A stretch of DNA of 64,000 nt from the human T2T-CHM13v2.0 reference genome, Homo sapiens, in assembly GCF_009914755.1 (NCBI RefSeq), contig NC_060931.1; one strand, written 5' to 3'. Numbering within the stretch: position 1 is the stretch's first letter; each line of letters begins with the position of its first letter. The translations under genes and the position numbers were made by a program. The notes below the pieces were generated by a model. That model saw only the letters and a list, made by a program, of their open reading frames with translations, was not told where the DNA came from and searched no databases. Below are positions 56,902 through 64,000 of the stretch, piece by piece.

Positions 56902-57034
56902 CTTGCTGATATCAGACTCAGACTTGCTGGAGCACATGCTCTGAAGTTCCTTGACAAGATCTGCTTCGTCATCTGAACCCAGAGAGAGTCTCTGATCCAA
57001 ATTCAACGTCAGTGATAGATCATTCTCTAAAGAC
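56902..57034 (-). CDS. CTTNBP2: CTTNBP2 exon 21, 133 nt: (K)[44 protein letters not shown]
   Basis: tgtgttag| acceptor and |gtgagc donor; phases compatible with neighbours. Confidence 0.94.
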
Positions 57035-57827
57035 CTAACACAAAGTTCAGAAAAACGTTTTTCAAAGTGAGAACAATTCCCAATTTGGAAATCTAGACAC
57101 TGTACCTTTTTTGGGATTTGGTGTGGGGTAGGGAAAATGTTTTTAATAGCCTTTAAAGTATTTCATAAATGTCATTTAATGCAAGAAATTTCCACAGGAT
57201 TTTGGTAACTCCTACTCAAAATTCTTGAGAGGATAAAATTTTGTTTCACAAAGAACTTCACTTTGATGTACAATATTCCAAGCTCCTTATTCTTGCCGTT
57301 TCTTGTCTCCCAGGCCAGATAGGATGCTAAACACTGTGGCATAGGGGACAATGTGATAAAATGGGACAAACACGGATTTCAAACTTGGCTCTATTGCTAG
57401 CTAGCAATATGACCATGCACCAGGTTTTCTTAACACCTCAGTTCCTGGGTTCCCTTTTCTGTAAATAACCCTTATGTGTACATCCTAGGGTTGCTGGAAA
57501 AATGATACAGGCTGTTGCAGGTCATGGATCTAGCTGCGGTCCTGGCAGAAAATAGCGTGCCATGCAGTTTCCTTCATCTCCCTTCTCTCTCTTTACCCTC
57601 CCCTCTTCTGTAATGCTGCAAACCAGCGGACATGATCCTAAATGTTACATGCCAAGTGACAGGGCACACAATTTATTGGGCTATCATGGGGACCTATTTA
57701 CAAACTGCCTAAACATTTCTATAATTGTCCAAATCATCCTTTATACCTTGATATTTGTAAGCTGAAATAGTCTATTTCTTAGGAACAATATAATAAATTA
57801 TCACTGTAAATTTATAGCACTTAAAAA

Positions 57828-58106
57828 TCACGCCTGTAATCCCAGCACTTTGGGAGGCCTAGGCAGATGGATCACAAGGTCAGGAGTTCGAAACCAGCCA
57901 GGCCAACATGGTGAAACGCCGTCTCTACTAAAAATACAAAAATTAGCCAGGCACGGTGGCAGGCACCTGTAATCCCAGCCACACAAGAGGCTGAGGCAGG
58001 AGAATTGCTTGAACCTGGAGGTGGAGGTTGCAGTGAACCGAGATCATGCCACTGCACTCCAGCCTGGGCAAGAGAGCAAGACTCTGTCTCCAAAAAAAAG
58101 AAAAAA
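57828..58106 (+). mobile_element. AluS-like, slightly 5'-truncated
   Basis: Begins tcacgcctgtaatcccagc and ends in an A tail. Confidence 0.92.
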
Positions 58107-58464
58107 GTCATACTGTTTCTGTAAATCTGTGGAAAAGTCATCTAATGACTATCTAAAAGTTCACAAATGCATAAACAAAATTTGATCAAATGAAACCTAT
58201 AATATTTCTAACCTTATTCAACAAATTACAAGCAAAATAGTCTTCATATTGCATTATATTAATCTTAACGAACAATTTAGACGTTATCCAAAGACACCAT
58301 TAGATTTCAGTTTAATATCAGCATTTGAATGACATATATAACTTTTTTAAAACCATATTAACATAATAGTCATTCAAATGAGAACATGGAACATTTAAAA
58401 TAGTAATTGAAGTTACTTGATTTATCTTTGTTTGCTGTGAGTTAAATTTGAAAGGGGAACTTAC

Positions 58465-58528
58465 TTTTGTTTTGACAGAGAAGCATTCCTGTTACAATTC
58501 AGCTGTGATATAGTCTTATTTTTCATAC
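58465..58528 (-). CDS. CTTNBP2: CTTNBP2 exon 20, 64 nt: (G)MKNKTISQLNCNRNASLSKQ(K)
   Basis: ttttttaacag| acceptor and |gtaagt donor; phase 1-2 bridges exons 19 and 21. Confidence 0.93.
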
Positions 58529-61105
58529 CTGTTAAAAAAGAGAACCATTTTCAATAGATCATTATCCCTGTGCCTCTTGAATTCTGTATTTAAAAGAAAC
58601 AGACTGTGGACTTTGCAGTACTTTCATACTGTTCTTGGATTAGTATCCAGGATTTGAGGAGATTTTCCCCAGGACAGAGGCTCTGGGCATAGCCTCCTGC
58701 AGAGGCACTGTGGGAAAGTCAAGGAATAGCCAACTCCCTCGAGTACATTTTGATGGAACTCGGTACAACTAACACTACCTGAAGCTCAAGTCAAGAATCC
58801 TGAATTTCACTTTTATGGATGGCCGTTCTTCTCTTTAGTCAAGTCCCTAGTTCCTTAGGCCCTTGTTCTCAAAGGACCAAAAGAAGATTTTAATACCTGC
58901 CTTTTGATGATGGTAATCACCCTTTCTCTACCTTTGTGTGCATTCTAACACTACTATGTAATCAAGTATAGTTTTTGATATGTGGCATTAGCCATGTACT
59001 TGTAGAAATTTAACTTTTAACAGCTTTTGCATTATACAGAAGAGAAAATATGAACAGGGTACAAAAAGTCATAGAATTTAAATGCTGAAAATCATATGTT
59101 TTTTAAACTGCAGATTATGACACAGTTAAAAAAAGAGAAAATAGCCTGTATTTCTTGCTGGAGGTATACTGATGCATATCAGTTATATATACACACAAAT
59201 GCAGAGGCTTGTGTGTACAGATCATGGTGTAAAATGTATTTCTCACAATGGGTTATGGTTGAAGTTTGAGAAACACTCTTATAAACCATTTTAGACTCAA
59301 TGTTATGAATGCATTAAAACAGTTGCTTTTGAGTGAATTCTAAAAATATTAATGTTGTCAACACAAATTTTCTCTAAAGAATGTTTTGGAAAAGTAAATA
59401 TATCCTCATTAAAAGCAGATCAAAGAAAATCACTGTCGAGTTTCTTTAGTCATACTTCTGTCATTATTGTCCAAAGCACTGACTAGTGGCTTCTACTAAT
59501 TACTACATAGCGCACAGCCTTGGGCTCTGCCCTAAAAGCCTGGGATCTGACATCATTGGCCTTTCTGTTTTAGGTCAGGAAAGAAATGGGCTGTCTCTTT
59601 ATCAAATTTGATAAGCTTCCATAGTGATCTGCATGCAAAAGGATTCCTGTGTTGGTTTTTTTTTTTTTTTTAACCAAAGTCACCCCAACCATTGTAATAA
59701 TCATATATACAGTGTAATTATTGGAAAAATTTACCATTATAAAAATAACGAGAGGCATGTCAGTCATGGTTTCTAACCCAACTACTGACTCATGAATTAT
59801 ATACTTTGTAAAGTTAACTTTTAGAAATTTCCTTGAAGTCAGTGTAAACTCTTGTAGTTTTATTCTGTCAAAGAAGTTCATGCTTCAAAGAATATAACAT
59901 TTGATATCAAATAGTTCTAAAACTAAAATTATTAAAAATACAAATAATTTCAAGTCTATTCATCTTTTTTTACATTTAAGCGTAATATAGTTTTCTGATC
60001 CAGACTCTTCCATGATACTGCTTTAAATTCATATTCATTTTGTTGATTCTGTTTGTCTACTCTAAAGCATATACCAACAATTAAGTTAGCTCAAAAAGTT
60101 GGTCTTAAACTTTATAGAGATTCTAATAAACTTAGAAATGACACAGTGAAGAGCCTCAATGGGTGTCCAGTTATCTGAGTACCCATAGATCACTGCACGT
60201 CTAATAAGATCAGGGTGTTGTGGACTACAGAAAATAGCACTGGGCTTGCAAGAAACAATTACAGAACCGCATATTTCCAGGAGAGGTGATTTGGAGCAGG
60301 TGCCCAAGGGTTTCTGAACCTCAGTTTTATTCTCTGTAAATGGAGATCATTATCATTGTCTTGGAGCTTTCTTGCATACTGAAAGGACTAAGAGCAAATG
60401 AAAGGTATAATCCTTGCTACAGAAAGTCATCTGGGGGTCTATACTAAATTGGTGGGCTGGAGTCTAGTGATTCTTACTCCCTAAATCAAACACTCTGACA
60501 ACTCTGGGAAGTAATAACAAGCTCTTAAGATCAAAACAGTATCTTATTATCAATATAAAATACTGATCTTTTTAAAAGTATAAGAAAATTCATTTTATTC
60601 AGTAAATTTTCATTCAGTCACTTAAAAAGGGGTCACAATTTGCTATCATGCACTTAGGGTAATTGGGGAACCCTAGCATATATTGATAGGATTAAAAAAA
60701 CATTAAATTTTTATTAAAATTAACAAAATACAAGCTTAAAAATGAAAATATACTCATAACTAAAAGCAACTTTATGTTTTTTAAATATAAGATTTTAAGC
60801 ACCTCATTTAGAAACCCCACTGCTATAAAGTTGGCATAAAATTTCACAAAACAAATACTTTGAGAGAGGAGGAAAATGAATGACATAATCTGAAGTCCAC
60901 AGTGCACATGAGGTGGAAATTTCTTTTCATTTTTATTCCAATTTGGATTTGTTTTGGGAAAGACATTTATAATTTATATAATAGCTGATTATCTTATTAT
61001 CAATGCCAAAAGGAATAGGCCTAACACCAGAAGATACAGACGTGTTACATCTTCTTTGTTAGAATGAAAGCTTACATATTTTTCACTTGATGTCCCATCA
61101 TATGA

Positions 61106-61427
<322 letters not shown>

Positions 61428-61944
61428 GGAATATATATATTTTTTACCACTCTATTTCCAGTGCCTAGACTAAAACCCAGCACATGGTACACGTCATACA
61501 TAAGAAAGAAATGTGTACACCTGATTCACCTGGAAAGGCCTTAAATGGGTATCAAATATGTCTCTACACATATTTTTTTAATGTAAGATTAACTTAGGAG
61601 TGACATAATGGAGAAATATGCCAATGATTTTATTATGTAATAATGCAATGATTATACAAATTGTGAACACCAAGAGAAACAAAATAATAAATAAATGACC
61701 ATTAACAAGTTAAAGATTAATTTTGGAATTCTGGTTTGAAAGCGGTATTTTTCAGGTAGAGATCTCCTGTATATTTTTGGAAATGTACCTACTATATAGT
61801 TTATTCCATGAAAATGTGCATTAAAATACTTAAACTTTGTTTTACCAAATGCATCGTGATAAAAATGAAAGCATATTTGCTTTCAGACACTGGATCACGT
61901 ATGTCCACCTCCTGGTAGGCAACATGCCTACCCCCGCCCTTTAC

Positions 61945-62130
61945 CTTCAGTGCTTAGGTCTGGCTTATTCCAGGTGGGTAAAGAGAAGCGGCCAGACTTC
62001 CTGCGAGGACTGGTGTTCACCTTTCTCCAGGCACCACTCTCTCCTTTCTTCTTGTTACAAGTGTTATAACTGGAAACTATGGATAAAGGGAAACTTCCTC
62101 CTTTGAAATCAGCTGTATGCTGGTCTAGCT
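61945..62130 (-). CDS. CTTNBP2: CTTNBP2 exon 19, 186 nt: (E)[18 protein letters not shown]...WNKPDLSTE(G)
   Basis: tgttgtttcag| acceptor and |gtaaag donor; lies within ORF 61928-62149. Confidence 0.94.
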
Positions 62131-62449
62131 CTGAAACAACACAAATCACAGCAGGGATAATGCAGTTTCACTGATTAAAGCAAAATACATTTCCGTTTCT
62201 CAAAGATACGGACTGTTCAAAATAATGCATTTATTTAGTATCCAAGCTGGGGTTTTGTGAACCAGCACCAACTTTACTTGGAGGTCTAGAATTCAAACAT
62301 TAACCAGTAATTAAAATCACAGTTCTGGAACACTGCTATAAGATGTATATTTTTCTAATTACAAAGAAAGAAAGCTCTCTAAAAACAGCTTTTAAAAGGT
62401 ATTTCACAAGGGTGTGAATTTCCTCTCCTCTCTGCAGAAACCCACATAC

Positions 62450-62655
62450 CTGCTCTGGGGAGGGGACAGCCATGCAGTACAGCTTTATTTAGCAAGATGC
62501 TGAGAGCAGCTTTGACCACAGCCTGCTGTCCTTGGCTAGGGTGTCTTTTAGCAGTTGTCTGCCCAAAGCCAGGTTGTCTTTTCACAGAGGCTCTTGACAA
62601 TATTGCTTCTTGAACTCTGGGTGCGATGACGCCATTCCACAGCTTAGACATCCAC
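62450..62655 (-). CDS. CTTNBP2: CTTNBP2 exon 18, 206 nt: [25 protein letters not shown]...LHGCPLPRA(E)
   Basis: ctcctgctag| acceptor and |gtatgt donor; shares the frame of ORF 62379-62651. The W..LWN..IAP text resembles the neuron-navigator-type AAA-like region. Confidence 0.94.
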
Positions 62656-63087
62656 CTAGCAGGAGAGGGACCGATTCATCCCTTAGGAGCAGGCTTCTCA
62701 ATAATTATACACAATTCCGTGAAAGGACAGTTTGAAGACTATGGGGAAAAAACGTTAAGTGTTTCTATAGATATGCTACCTTTCCCAGGTAGTTTTCAAA
62801 GAAGTGAAATTACCCAATACAAAAGTGTTTGAATCTGCCTCAAAAATACACTGTATTTCAAATGAAACTGATTGTTTACATGTCTCTCTCAATGTAGAAT
62901 CAATGCTTGAGTGCTGAGTGAATAAATGCATGAATAAACACATTGAAAGGAAGGTAAATTTAAAGACTGAAAAAATCTGGAAAAAAGATTTCCTAAAAGT
63001 CCATGTCTAAATAGCTTCAACTTCTTTGTTACATCTCCTTAATAAGGTGCACATACATTGTATTGTAATATTTCTGAAATTGGGATA

Positions 63088-63510
<423 letters not shown>

Positions 63511-64000
63511 TAATAGCCATAAACAGTGGGACTGCAGCCCAAATTTGCAGCACTCAATGCCAATTAAAATTCCATCAAAAAAAGATTATGCTTTGTTGCA
63601 GTATTAAAAAACACTTATATGATTAAAGGCTATAGAAACAAAACCACATCTCCCAGGTTAGGAATGTTTTCAAAGCTTAGACATTGCATAAAACTTTCAA
63701 GAATTGTCAAAAACTATGATCCATCTATTTTAAGTTTCTCTCTTAATGTCTAGTGCTACACAATCGGGGGAAAAATAAAAGTACGAATGGGAACACAGAC
63801 AAAATTCTGGTATTCTACAGCATGAATCGAAATTATGCAGTTATTCCTAAAAGTGCTGAAGTATAAATATGATAAGCTGTGGTCGGAAAAAAAAAATCAA
63901 CTCCTTAACTTAGCCATTGGTAGACAATTCTCTGCAGCATTTCTGCACATCTGGTGTCAGGTTTTGTTCTAAACTATCTTTTCAGTCTTGGAAGACAGAG

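Overview
Human (primate) genomic DNA recognisable as chr7q31.2, containing two convergent gene ends. On + are the last three exons of CFTR (exons 25-27, the NBD2 C-terminal half and the DTRL PDZ motif), its ~1.55 kb 3'UTR and poly(A) signal. On - are the last six exons of CTTNBP2 and its 3'UTR. About 42 kb of repeat-rich intergenic DNA lies between them (Alu, L1, L2, ERV1/ERVL/MaLR solo LTRs, Tigger/hAT MITEs). Motifs seen in the sequence fall at the distances of known CFTR downstream cis-elements: reverse-strand CTCF motifs at +6.9 kb and +48.9 kb from the stop, and an HNF4/C-EBP/AP-1-like cluster at +15.7 kb. This is a heavily studied locus and I find no convincing wholly new biological system. 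The most interesting lead is a well-formed + strand exon (53156-53369) inside the last CTTNBP2 intron, whose donor abuts the +48.9 kb CTCF motif. It is in frame with CFTR exon 26 and would replace the PDZ-binding tail. Other leads are inverted Alus flanking CTTNBP2 exons 18-21 (circRNA candidates) and Pumilio/CPE elements in the CTTNBP2 3'UTR. Repeat subfamily calls and old-repeat boundaries are by eye and approximate; exon numbers are from recall of the gene structures.
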